Assembly: GCF_003711565.1 (NCBI RefSeq)
Contig: NC_079534.1
Coordinates: 9,589,991 to 9,653,990 of the forward strand
Direction of reading: 5' to 3'
Length of the DNA: 64,000 bases
Origin: Takifugu flavidus
Lineage: Eukaryota
Made by a program: the position numbers and the translations under genes. Positions 1 to 12,328 of the stretch are shown piece by piece; positions within the stretch are counted from its first letter, which is position 1; every line of letters starts with the position of its first letter. Below the pieces are notes generated by a model, which was given only the letters and a program-made list of their open reading frames with translations, was not told the origin of the DNA and did no database searches.

Positions 1-204
1 AAGAAAGGTCATGCACAGGCACAGAAACACCCCTTCTAAATCCTCGAGACATCAGTTTACAGTGCAGTATCACACCAGCTAATACCACACTATAAAAAGT
101 GTTATAGGAAAGGTGTGTCAGCAAACAGCCCACACAGATTTGTCCTTAATACATAAGTGAGGAAGAAGCAATGCAGGACCAGTCATTTTACTGCTTCTTC
201 CTCA

Positions 205-414
<210 letters not shown>

Positions 415-444
415 TTAAAAAATACAAGACAACGCACTTTTAAG

Positions 445-500
445 AAATGTGCACATGCACGCACGCGCGCGCACACACACACACACACACAGACACACGT
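445..500. repeat. (CG)n/(CA)n microsatellite in a copa intron
   Basis: gcacgcgcgcgcacacacacacacacacacagacacac. Confidence 0.9.
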
Positions 501-597
501 AAGGTTTGTTGCAAACAAAAAAACTGATACAAAATATCTTAATCTAACTGTAGTTTTAAAACTGCATTTTCCTACTACAAATTTCATTGTAATATAC

Positions 598-674
598 CAG
601 ACACAGGTCCTGGACTGCCAGTTCCAAATGCGAATTGTCTGGTCATCTGAGGCACTCAGAATCCAGGGATACTC
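598..674 (-). CDS. copa: copa coding exon 5 ([25 protein letters not shown])
   Basis: Match to COPA. Acceptor ctctgtag, donor gtatat; phase consistent with the neighbouring exons. Confidence 0.88.
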
Positions 675-730
675 CTACAGAGAGCATAAAATAATGTCAT
701 GAATTTCAAGGTTATGTCTAGTGTAGTTTA

Positions 731-835
<105 letters not shown>

Positions 836-969
836 CTACTCGAAGTAAGCATCGAATAATATCTAATACTAATCTCCAATGGGAAAATTACTGTTTTTAT
901 ACAAACTACAAATCTGATGAAGTATATGTACATGAAGATATGATGAACAAATGTACGTACAATAATTTA

Positions 970-1119
<150 letters not shown>

Positions 1120-1168
1120 TCAATTTTTTTAACAGAATATAACTATTATAATGGATTGGTCCTATCTA

Positions 1169-1297
<129 letters not shown>

Positions 1298-1650
1298 TTA
1301 GATACTTATTCATTTACAACATAATACAAACGTATTAACTTGTAATACAACGAACAGATATTCTGCCGTGTTGTTATTAACAAATAAAAAGATCCAATTA
1401 AAAACAAAAAAAACTTGCGTTAGCTATATGCTTTCACTGTAGCCGTTAGCTATATGCACTACCTATTAAAAAGCAAAACATGTCTTTGTTGCAAATGTGC
1501 GACTGGTACGACATCAGTTATTGAAAAAGACATTTGAATATGTCTTTTACTGAAATAATAATAATTATAAGGTGCAAAATATATATTTTAGCTTTGTAGT
1601 AGATTCGCTAACGATAGCTCCAGTGTTACCTGCCGCTAGCGAGATCTTAC

Positions 1651-1690
1651 CTTTAACACGAGCGGACTTGGTTTCAAATTTTGTCAACAT
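1651..1690 (-). CDS. copa: copa exon 1 coding part (MLTKFETKSARVKG)
   Basis: ATG at 1690-1688, donor AAG|GTAAGA at 1650. Identical to the conserved COPA N-terminus. Confidence 0.88.
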
Positions 1691-1699
1691 CTTTTCTTG

Positions 1700-1900
1700 A
1701 GAGGAAAGCAGGTTGTAACTTTAGCTGCGCTATAAGTTTAACCCACGCAACTGTACAAACAATATTCAAACAGGAAAATTCGGATAACCTAAATCGACTT
1801 CGCTGATTTAGCTTACTGAAGCTGACACGTCGATCGTTCCATCTTCCGGTCATGAACAATATTTGACGCAGGAAGCTCCACGACCGCGGAAGTTTTTCTT
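1700..1900 (-). promoter_or_regulatory. copa: Putative copa core promoter / 5'UTR region
   Basis: Lies immediately upstream of the copa ATG and contains CpG dinucleotides (cgaccgcgg). Inferred from position only. Confidence 0.3.
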
Positions 1901-3640
1901 CTTTGTGTTTATTATTGGGTGGCGTCTAATGGTAGAAGGAGCATTACCGCTACCTACTGTGTCGGTGTGAGGGTCAGAATAGGTAGAAGAACAAACCAAA
2001 GAAACAAGATACTAATTATCTCTGACCATTCCCGTTTCTCCCGAAATTTGAAACTTGGGTTTGTATTATTTCTTCACGCCTCAATACAATTTGGACATTA
2101 AATACTGCAATGTGTTTAGTTGATTTTTCCATGTTAATTTTCAATAATTTCAAATAAGATGGTAATCACTCTCCTCAACTCACAATTCACACAGCTCAAG
2201 TAACTATATTAAACACTTTACTACACATTGTGCCAAAAACACAAGTAAAAACAAAGAGAAATAAAAGCAAAAACACACAAATGGGGTTAAAACCATGAAG
2301 ACATTTAAAAGCAAAATAATTTTAAAATCAATTCAAAAGCAAACAGGAAGCCAATGAAGTGAGACTAAATCACACAAATTAAAAGATGTGCAGACACATT
2401 TTGGACCAGCTGCAGATGGAAGAGCAGTCTGGCTAAGATCAACAATAACAATTTTGAAATGTATACACCTTATTGCTAGGCATTAACAAAATATTATTGT
2501 AACCATTTTCTTACATAAATGCATGAAATATAAAATGTACAGATATCTTCAAATACAACGCAATGTGGAAAAAGAGAAATAAGGTCAATGCAACAAACAT
2601 TGTTGTACAATATTTAATTTCAGATGTTTACAAAACAATTGTGTTATACACCTTTTCATTTTTAAAACCATTTGCTGGGGACATTTGCATCAGCCAAGTC
2701 AATAAGGATTATGCTCCCACCTCAACTGAAAAACCAGGGATGATACAGTAAACTGACTTTCTTTATGCACTCATGTCATTTGCAGAATTTTCACTATGGC
2801 AACAAAGCAACCACAACAAAAAAATAAATAAAATCAAAATAACAGCAAACTGTTGATGTTATACATGACAGCACCCCTTTTCTTGTCTCATATGGAGTTA
2901 GTCATTTTGCACTTCATAATTGCTACAAATAACAATTTATAATTAATGAATCAAGAATCACAGAAAAATCTAGAAGATTTACTATGTTCATGTTTAATTA
3001 CAGATATTTCTTTCATAAAGGGGACTCCAAATCATAGACAGTAGCCTTTACAAAAAACCCTGGGAATTACAAGGGACAATATGCACAGTAGCTATAGTAT
3101 AATGATCACTGTAACCACAGTAAAGGGATCCAAAAATCAACATCACAATCACTTAAAATCCAAATCAGCAGCTAGGAAAAATGGACTCACACGGAGCAAT
3201 TTATCATGGGAAATTAGTTGCACTAAAAGCAATTTCTTATACGGGAAGACCTGATTTTATTTTATTTTTTTATAAAGGCAACAATAGTAGCAGTGTAGTG
3301 AGAATTTGAGTTAACCGTGAGGATAAACAGCAGGGTAAACATGCCTTTTTAATTTCAACAATTAAATTGTGAGGAGATTATAGAATCAGTTGAAGGTGGG
3401 AATGTTAAAATGTTCTCAATCGTATGTTCAGTGAATGCAGGTATTTGGCATGTGGCCGGTCCTTGTTGGTCTCTATCTGGAACCTCCTATTGTTATCTCA
3501 GCAGCTACACCTTTCTGATTTCATAGAAAAATGCATTTATGGCCTTCTCCCATATGAGGTTCTTTTATTGCTGCCTGTCACTGATGCACACTGAGTAACT
3601 CGTTTTCAGAGCTTCGAATGGCCCCCATCTTCACCTCACA

Positions 3641-3727
3641 TCACATGATAGAGCACTGCTCTGCTTCCCCTTTCTCAGGACCTCCTGGCAGATTAAGGGA
3701 ATCTGGGTTAAAATTAAAACCTGGAGG
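3641..3727 (-). CDS. pex19: pex19 last coding exon (PPGFNFNPDSLNLPGGPEKGEAEQCSIM*)
   Basis: Matches the human PEX19 C-terminus, including the CaaX farnesylation box (CSIM versus CLIM). Stop TGA at 3643-3641, acceptor ttag at 3728-3729. Confidence 0.88.
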   Translation of the reverse strand, partial: PPGFNFNPDSLNLPGGPEKGEAEQCSIM

Positions 3728-4231
3728 CTAAAGGAGAAAGAAGAATTAGAAAAATGCTTTCTAGGGAAAGATGAGCACGTTGATGCTCCCTTAACGCGTG
3801 ACATGTTAAATTGCAATGTAAAGTGACAATAAAAAGTTATCAGATTAACTTTTTAACTGCAGTATTAGGAGACAAAATGCAGCAGAAAATACACATACTC
3901 GTCGATCTAATATTGCAAATAGTTATTTTGCACACTATTTTGGATTTAGAATAAAGTTGTGCAAATATCCATCTCAGGCTGCTCTACATTTGACGGGAAA
4001 AACAAAGCCAAAATACTGGTTATTATTCTACATACCTACTTACTTATCATGACAGCCTTGAAAAAAGACATTAGTCATCAATTCAATGATTTAATTCCAG
4101 TATACTTTCAACTCGCGCACAATATTTTGTTCATCCTGGCATTTATTTATATGTACAGAATAGTAAGCACACTATGTGATTATGTTGTGCATTTTTTCCC
4201 CAGTGTTAATCATATTTTAAACTCGACTTAC

Positions 4232-4276
4232 AGCATCCCCTGCTAGTTCTCTGGGTGGCTGACCAAGTTCTTGAAG
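4232..4276 (-). CDS. pex19: pex19 exon 7 (LQELGQPPRELAGDA)
   Basis: Matches human LQDLGHPPKELAGEM. Acceptor acag, donor gtaagt. Confidence 0.85.
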
Positions 4277-4484
4277 CTGTGAATCAGGACACGAAAACGC
4301 AGTGAGTTTCCTCATTAAGACAATTCAATTCTGCTCATATACTACATAACAGATTAGGTAATAAAAGACACATTGCCTTTAAATACATGAAATTTCAGTG
4401 GATATCAGAAAATCAAAGTTGAAGTTATCAATTTCTGAATTATTCAGAGACTGTAAAGTTCAGTGCAGAATCGTTCTACCATAC

Positions 4485-4652
4485 CTTTTGCATGAGGTCC
4501 ATGATATTCTCAAAAGTGCTTTCTTTTTCCGATTCTTGCTTTCCCCTCTCAAAGTGCCCACATATTTCTGTCATTATTTGAGCTTGCTGTTCATAGCGTA
4601 GGTAATCTTCTGAACTAAGGCTGGTCTTGTTGGCTTCCAACCATTTCGGATA
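4485..4652 (-). CDS. pex19: pex19 exon 6 (YPKWLEANKTSLSSEDYLRYEQQAQIMTEICGHFE...MDLMQK)
   Basis: Matches human YPEWLQSHRESLPPEQFEKYQEQHSVMCKICEQFE.... Acceptor cacag, donor gtatgg. Confidence 0.88.
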
Positions 4653-4727
4653 CTGTGAGGATGAGTGATGTTCACAAAGGACACCCGATAGTGAAATTAC
4701 AGAGGAGTGAGTAAAACAGATGCAAAC

Positions 4728-4901
4728 CTTAGCAGTGATGTCTTTCAGAGATGGGTAAAGCACTTCTTTAGAAAGAAGGTTCTGCATGATGGACTGCATG
4801 ATGGGCAGGATATTACTGTCATCACCACCTCCATCACCTCCCTCCCCCAATCCCAGGTCTTCTAGAGCCTTGACTAGGTCATCTCCAGCTAGTCCAGAAG
4901 T
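4728..4901 (-). CDS. pex19: pex19 exon 5 (TSGLAGDDLVKALEDLGLGEGGDGGGDDSNILPIMQSIMQNLLSKEVLYPSLKDITAK)
   Basis: Near-identical to the human ILPIMQSIMQNLLSKDVLYPSLKEITEK block. Acceptor ccccaacag, donor gtttgc. Confidence 0.88.
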
Positions 4902-4991
4902 CTGTTGGGGGACTCTATGGTTAAAACTTTTCAATCACTTGTTTTTATAAAAGGAGTTTTATAGTAACAGACTGAGTTTCATTTTACCCAC

Positions 4992-5077
4992 TTGAAGGCC
5001 ATCTGTATTTTTGGCCAGGCCACGGAGGGTGTCTTTCAGACAAGAAGTAAACTCTTGCTGGGATGCCGTGTCAGTAC
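4992..5077 (-). CDS. pex19: pex19 exon 4 (TDTASQQEFTSCLKDTLRGLAKNTDGLQ)
   Basis: Matches human SDMTSQQEFTSCLKETLSGLAKNATDLQ. Acceptor cacag, donor gtgggt. Confidence 0.87.
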
Positions 5078-6775
5078 CTGTGCAGTTAGCAGCAATAACA
5101 TTTAAATTTGAAGCACATTATTGTTTTTAATTTAGTGTCAGATAAGCTGAACTGAGTTTACATTTAATTAAGGTGTATATGTGGTTCAACACGCATCAGA
5201 GCAACAAAATTGAGCCTGCTTGCATGTTCATGTGTGACACATCCAAAATAGTCAACTTAACTGCACATTCATTTCGTGGAATTAGAAGCCTATTTATGAA
5301 CATTTAATTCTATCAGATTAATGAATATCAGCAATATGTAACGGCTAAGTTAATAAAGTCACTGTTCAGAATTGAATTAAGTTAGAAACATATTTACAGA
5401 TTCACTGGTAATGACTCAATAACGCAACACAGAAACATTAATTTTTAAAAAGTAAGCCCTTATCTTAATCTTCGCAAAGTATACAATCAACAAGAACCTG
5501 GTTTTAAATTAATTATCATAACTATGTCTCAGATTAACACCTCAGAGCAGAAACAGATCGCTGGTTGATATTAGTTCTTGTGTTTGTTTGTGATTGAGTT
5601 ATTATATATTATAATCTACTTAAATGCTGCCTCCTCTTTACAGTCACTGTGTGCAGCGGCTCAGCCACAGCCTACTAGCAGGCTAATGAACGCACAGCTA
5701 TGACCATGGAAACTGTTGACTAAGCTGGGACAGCCTAGTTTTGCCTGCTTTTCACAAACACTACAGGGCTATCTCAGCCCATATGGGGCTACAGATCACA
5801 CGCCGTAGCATATTTCTCAGACCCAGAAGTTGATCATTTTTTGCTTTACCACTGAACAACTTTCATAGGAATAAATGAAGGATCCACCAGCTCTTTTAAT
5901 GGATATATGGATCCCATGTTCCTCAGAGGAAGCATTTTCTGACTGGTAGACAGAAAACACAGCTCAACTGTGGTTCTTTAGAAACAGATTTGGGTACCTT
6001 CTTTCACAAGAGTGAAAAAAGAACCAATCACAACTGAGGCTCATATGCCCCTTTGCCACTAGGCATTTTCCCTGTGATAAGCAAGACCATGCTGTGCCGA
6101 TTTTCTTTTCTGCCACTAAGGTGTGCTGGCTCCACCCAAAGCAGGTCACTGTGAAGTCAAATAGCTGTAATCTAGCTCTGAGGGAGTAAAACTCCACCCT
6201 GTGCAGCCTCAGCTTCACACAAAGGCCGAAAATGTGTGGGAACTGTTTAATAAGGAGAAAAATTAGGCATCAAATTTTCTGTTGACTTTTAAAATACACC
6301 TCTACCGTTTTATGTAGAGAAAAACCTTTTAATATCTGCTCACTAACCATTGACCCATATTTAAAGACACATTTACAAATACATTTTAAAACATGCAAAT
6401 GACAAGAATTGCACAACCAGTTAACATATGCCATAACTGCTGCTGGACCCTGCACCAGCATTTATGAGCTGCCCTCAAGGGGGCAGTTCAGGTGTGAAGA
6501 AAAAGCATTTCTCTTAACCATGCTGGGCCAAACCTTGCAGAACCAAAACAGTCCGCTACTGAAAAGGCAACAATAGACATTTCCACACGGGAGATATCTG
6601 GTTATGACAAAGGGGTCCTTGTCAGATCCTGATGACATGGTCAAGTTTGATAAGTTTCAAGTCGATATAAAAACAACTAAAATTTTAAGTTTGGTTAAAC
6701 TGAATAAAATATAGTCAGCTGTTTAAAAGTCAAGATCAAAACTCAGATAGCGGTGGTTATATCTACAGGCCTTAC

Positions 6776-6938
6776 CAACTTTGCCTGCAGCCTCTGACAG
6801 CCTCTGAAAGTGTTGCAGTAGTTCTGGCTCTTCGTGGGCCAGCTCACTCATAGCTTTATCCCAGTCATCCTTAGCTTGTGCAGCCATTTCACCTTCAAAA
6901 AGTGTCTCAAAGAATTTGCAGTCTTCAAGCAAGGGAGG
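6776..6938 (-). CDS. pex19: pex19 exon 3 (PPLLEDCKFFETLFEGEMAAQAKDDWDKAMSELAHEEPELLQHFQRLSEAAGKV)
   Basis: Matches human EKFFQELFDSELASQATAEFEKAMKELAEEEPHLVEQFQKLSEAAGRV. Acceptor atatag, donor gtaagg. Confidence 0.88.
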
Positions 6939-7098
6939 CTATATTGAAGTATACAAGAAAATGTTTGAGTCCTTAGAAGATCTTGCTGAAAAAGAATGAG
7001 TGTTAAAATGTATCAAGCGTGAATTTTGTATATCCATATTAAATAACCTTTAGCTGAAGGGAATAACTTTATCACCCCTTCAAAGGTAATAAACCCAC

Positions 7099-7178
7099 CT
7101 TCCCTACATTGTTGTGGTCTGAGGGGGAAGCACCTGTAGACCTAATAGTTGATGTAGTCTCAAAGTCATTTAATGCAC
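7099..7178 (-). CDS. pex19: pex19 exon 2 (SALNDFETTSTIRSTGASPSDHNNVGK)
   Basis: Matches human SALDDFDKAKPSPAPPSTTT. Acceptor cccacag, donor gtgggt; phase 1 to 0. Confidence 0.8.
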
Positions 7179-7570
7179 CTGTGGGACAGGGGTTGCATTT
7201 TAGGTGAAAGATGGAAACAAGTTTCTGAAAGTGTCAAAACTATTATTCAACTACTTTCAAAGTACATAACAATCTTTACTAACTGCGCATTCACTGTATG
7301 TTCAGTGTAGAATATTGTCAATCTCCATAATATACAAATACCAAAAATAAGCACCGTTGATCTGGGTCACAGTCAAATACCTTAACATTAGCATCAACGC
7401 GTTTTTATCACAAAGCTAGCGGGTTATAGATAGGCCACATTTTAATTGTTTCTGCCACTACAAAGTCTAACTATTCGATTGTCAACGCCATTGACAATAT
7501 TGACTCGAAATGACAAAGGTCGTTTTGTTCCAAAAGTGACCAGGTCCAAAGATTCTATGTAAACACTGAC

Positions 7571-7634
7571 TGTCCAACAATTCGTCCAATTCTGCATCGT
7601 GTCCACTGGAAGTCTGTCCTGTCCCAGACGCCAT
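7571..7634 (-). CDS. pex19: pex19 exon 1 coding part (MASGTGQTSSGHDAELDELLD)
   Basis: ATG at 7634-7632; matches human MAAAEEGCSVGAEADRELEELLES. Donor gtcagt at 7570-7565, phase 1. Confidence 0.82.
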
Positions 7635-9611
7635 GACGTTATCCTCTCCAAACACCCTCGGTCCACAGGGACAGAGGTTTCTATTGCGAAGATGTCGCTT
7701 GTCAAGTGCGTCATATCCTGGCACCGGAAGTGTAGCTAGCGCCATCTAGTGACACTAATGGAGAAACTGTCGTGGACTGACACGCTGATTGATATCAGCA
7801 AAGTTCCTGACAAAAATAGTTTCCGAAGATGGTAAATCTGTTCCATTTTGCAAATAAGTACATAGCTTGCTCATACGTAAATTTATAGTAAATAAATTAG
7901 ACAGAATTTATATTGTTTATTTAAATTTCATTACAAAATATAACATTTTGGCGTTGCTGGTTTACGCAAAAATGAAAAAAAAAATCTGTTCGGCATCTGT
8001 TCCTGTACTAAATTGAAAACAAAACACACAGCTGTTCCAGTAATGACTAACATGCAGGCGACAGTATGCAACACCTTTGCAAAACCCCGCATATTGTATT
8101 GGTAAATATGTCGTTACCATAGTTACTGTTGCCTTCGTAAATCAAAACAAACCCTCACACAATATGCCGAAACACACTGTGCCTTTGGAAAATTAGGGCG
8201 AAAATTGCGATGATGATTTCGGCCATAGCGATAGAAGTGAGTTCCTCATGACAACAGAGCGAGCTTAAGAGCTCTTTGCTAGACATTTATGCCTTAGAAT
8301 GCACTCTGATTCTTGTTTAACAAACTCCAGTGCGCTCAAGCCGAAAAATATTCCGACATATTAAATCTTATTTAACTCATAAGTTGCACATACAAATGCA
8401 GAAAACAACTTGAACGAACGAAGGGATCCGCTTTAACATTTAAAATGAAGGTTTCTGGGTGTATCGGTGTGTCTAGAGTCTGGACTCAGAGCATGACAAA
8501 AGGGTGTGTCTAGAGCAGGACAAAAAGGAGGAGCAGGAGGAGGAGAGATCGGCAGGCCGACGTGAGTAACGGTGCAGACATTTGATGCCTAACTTGGTCT
8601 GTTGGGCGGAGTACTGCAGGCTGCTGAACACTGAAAACTACGTTTTTCTCTCCCTGGAAGTCCCTACGAACAGAGCCTGTCTGCAAGCAACATCGACAAA
8701 GGTAAATAAGTCTGGTAAGAAGCCACAGATTCTGACTGGATCACTTTTAGAAGGCTTTGCGCCGCAGTGACTTGTTGCCTCTTGCTTATCTGCATGTCTT
8801 AAACACTGATCATTTTCATTGATTTTTTTTTTATGTGTTAGATTTTGCTACTAATAAAATATATGCGTAAGAAAAAGCTAAAGTGGTTGATTGGTGATGC
8901 TAAAGCAACTTTATTACTATTTTATAAAATCTTTTGTATTGGTTTGTGGTTGATAAATTCCAAACTTCCATAAATGCAATAGTGAACACACAGTTTTCTC
9001 ATGCATGTTTTGTGTCAAGTTTGTGTTGTGATATAGTGTGGTTTGTGTGGCAGAAGCTGGGTGTGGCACACAGCACACCCACCATCGCCACCAATGAATG
9101 AATCTCTTCTGGAGCCTAAAACTTAGTCAACACATGTTTTTATGGTGACTTTAACCCTTCCTTTCCTAAAGTACACATAAAAAAATCGAGTCTGTCCTTT
9201 ATGACCCCCTTTATGTAAGCTTCCTTTTAGGTGTGGTGGTCAGGGTCGGCATTGAAAAGCTGTTTTCTTCAAAATGATAAAATTATAAAAAGGATAGTTA
9301 TAATTACAATTAAAATTATGTGTTTTAACCTTTAAGAATGCAGTTAGATTTAATAGTGTCACTTTCCCTCTTTCTCTCTCACTTGTCACACACAGTCCCT
9401 CTCTCTCTCTCTTTCTCTCTCTGTCTTCCTCTCACACAAACATACATAAATACACCACACCACTCACACACACACTTATAGCCTATGGGATGTTTTGCCA
9501 GGTTGTCTTGTGCTTCAACCCATGGATATAGTTTAAATTGATTAAATTGGAAAACTCGAGTTAGTCTTGAGTCATGACAACCACACAGCAGCCCACATGA
9601 TTTTTTTTTTG

Positions 9612-9612
<1 letters not shown>

Positions 9613-9682
<70 letters not shown>
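9613..9682. repeat. (GT)35 microsatellite
   Basis: Perfect GT dinucleotide run. Confidence 0.95.
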
Positions 9683-9684
<2 letters not shown>

Positions 9685-11449
9685 TAATGCTGTATGGATA
9701 TGCACAATAACAATGTCACAGCCTGTTTGCTGGTCTGCTGCAAGCCCGAAACCTATTGTCACCAGCTTTTCTATTTGGAGAAGCACCCTAAATTCTGCAT
9801 TCAACACCACGCTCTGGAAAGACATTTTCTTACACTTTAGTTGCTTTTTTTGATTACCTTTCTGCCATTTTCTTCTCACATTTTCTTCCATAATTTATTT
9901 CCATGAAGCAAAGTGTGGCAGACCTGATTTTTCCAATTGGGTATTCATATTTGACATATTTGGTACTCGGATTTAAAAATAAGACAAGGAGCTCTGAGCT
10001 GGGAGGGTAGGATGGGGAAAGGAGAATTCATGGAAAATTGAAGACGTCACCAAGGAAGATCTAAAAGGGAGGCAATAAAATAAATAACTTGGCAAATATG
10101 ATAAAGTTAGCAGTTGTTCACAGCAACGGCAATAGTTTTGGTGCAGCACATCTGGAACCCATCAACAAGTTGGAAAATCTTACAAGAAATGAGGGGGGTG
10201 GGATGAAAAGAGTGGGGCCCAGTGGTGACTCATTCCTGCTATTCTGCTCCACCACCATATTAAAACTATGTGTCCTTTTGTGGCCATAGGGCTTCCCTAG
10301 TGCCCCTCCCTACCCTTCCTTTTTCAGCCTGATTTTTTCCCGCCCATATTCCTCTCTCTTTCTTTTTTTAGATGTGACTTTACTCAGCTTTCAATGGTTT
10401 TAGTGTCCAAGGCTGATCTCAGCAAGTTACTGGACTTGTTTAAGGTTTAAGATGTTTCGCCTCTTCTCCAAAAGGCTTCTTTAGGTCAGAAATAGCTGGA
10501 GCCAGAGCTTGAAGCGTGTGGACCATGAGCATGCTAATGATTTGAGTGGACCTATTAGTGATGATTATTTTTAGCAACAGGAAACAGAAGAAAATGACAG
10601 CAGAATGTTGCAACGCAACTGCAGAAAGTGAACACGAGGTTGTAGTCTGAGTTGGTGGAAAACGCCTCAATTCAAGTGAATCTCTGGATCAACAGGTTTT
10701 TGAATATCTTGACCTAATGATTTTTTCTTACTTTTTTCTAATCTAGGAAAAAAAAAATGTTTTGCACTGTGCACCAATGATATATCATGCTTTACCTCTG
10801 CAGGCAAAACCACATTAGGGGTTAGAAAGCAGCGCCTCTCCATACTTTTTCCTTAGAACTGACATTGTGTTTAGAGGTGAGAATTACCTACCTTACCCCA
10901 AGCCCCAACTCATGATGATGTGACATCATGAGTTGAGAATCTATCGACACACATTTTTCTTTCTAGTACTGTATCTCTTTTGTAATTTAAATATTAGCTA
11001 CAAATAAACATTTCTGACGGGGAAAAATTAGCATTTTTGGTTTGGAGTGTATTTGGAGCAGATGTGGTCATGAGAGTGGAATAAATGAAGAACGACATGT
11101 TTGGAACATGACAAACAGTCTGTAGAGTTGAGGGAGGTTGGCCACACCTGATACCAAAGATATACGCCTGGATGAATGCTTGAGTCAAACAATCTGCCCA
11201 ATCTCTTCTTCATTGACTATTCTGGATGTTAAGATCATCCAGGAAAAAAGATGATTGCCAGATGAGTGCAGTCAACGCCAATCTGTTACCATTGCTGCTT
11301 TATTCTCGGTGCTTTGACTATTCTCGTAAAGTAAAACAAAAATAAAGATTAGGAAAATGATGTCTAAACCTATGTTGTCATAAACCTCACATATCTTTTC
11401 TTCCTATAGTTCCATTGCCTGATCTGAGTGGCTGTAGAAATCTAACCTC

Positions 11450-12328
11450 ATGGCCATCGTTTTGCACTCCAGCCCCCTCCTGTGGGCCCGGTTAGCAGCC
11501 CTGATCTTCTCCTGCGTGGCCTTTTCTGTGGCGGTACACGGTGGTGGCCTTAATCATGGAACTGGAGACTGGTGCATCTTCTGCTGGGCCTTCAGTTTTG
11601 CTGGTACCCTGGTCGTTATTCTGGTGGAGCTCTTTGGCCTTCAGACCAGAGCCCCTGTTTCTTGGAAGAACTTCCCAATCACCTTCGCCTGCTACGCTGC
11701 CCTCCTCTGCCTGTCCGCCTCCATAATCTTCCCCCTCTACTTCCTCAAAGGTTCCAGTGGTTCATCTGAAGTCCAAAAGTACCGTATCGTGTCAACTGTC
11801 TTTTCCTGTCTAGCCACTATTGCCTACATGACCGAGGTGAGCATCAGCAAGGCACGGCCTGGTGAAGTTGCAGGTTACATGGCTACAGCCCCTGGTCTGC
11901 TGAAGGTGTGTGAGACCTTTGTGGCCTGCATCATCTTTGTCTTCATCAGCGATCCCATACTGTATGACAATCATGATGCTCTGAAGTACTGCATGGCTGT
12001 CTACTGCATTTGCTTCATCCTATCGGCAGCCATCATCATGCTCTGTATCGGTGAGTGCACTGGCTGTCTTCCCTTCCCTTTCGCCCGTTTCCTGTCTGCC
12101 TATGCACTTCTGGCCGTGGTCCTCTATTTGTCTGCTACCATTATCTGGCCCATATTCAAGTTTGACCCCAAACACAGGGGAATAAAACAAAGGCCTTCCA
12201 CCTGTGGCGGTGCAGGGTTGTGTATTTGGGATAAGTGTATGGCCGTGGCTGTGCTAAGTGGTGTTAACTTTGTCCTTTACCTGGCCGACCTGATCTACTC
12301 CACCCGATTGGTGTTTGTCAATGCTTGA
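11450..12328 (+). CDS. MYADM-like (myeloid-associated differentiation marker family) MARVEL-domain protein; intronless 292-aa CDS
   Basis: Continuous 879-bp ORF with eight predicted hydrophobic helices, consistent with a tandem-MARVEL topology. An acceptor ttcttcctatag at 11398-11409 lies just upstream of the ATG, implying spliced 5'UTR exons. Confidence 0.7.
   Translation: MAIVLHSSPLLWARLAALIFSCVAFSVAVHGGGLNHGTGDWCIFCWAFSFAGTLVVILVELFGLQTRAPVSWKNFPITFACYAALLCLSASIIFPLYFLKGSSGSSEVQKYRIVSTVFSCLATIAYMTEVSISKARPGEVAGYMATAPGLLKVCETFVACIIFVFISDPILYDNHDALKYCMAVYCICFILSAAIIMLCIGECTGCLPFPFARFLSAYALLAVVLYLSATIIWPIFKFDPKHRGIKQRPSTCGGAGLCIWDKCMAVAVLSGVNFVLYLADLIYSTRLVFVNA

Noticed and set aside
9379-9891. 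170-aa minus-strand ORF and 79-aa plus-strand ORF
   Set aside because: Both are translations of the (GT)35 microsatellite, giving poly-HT/poly-CV; no other coding signal.
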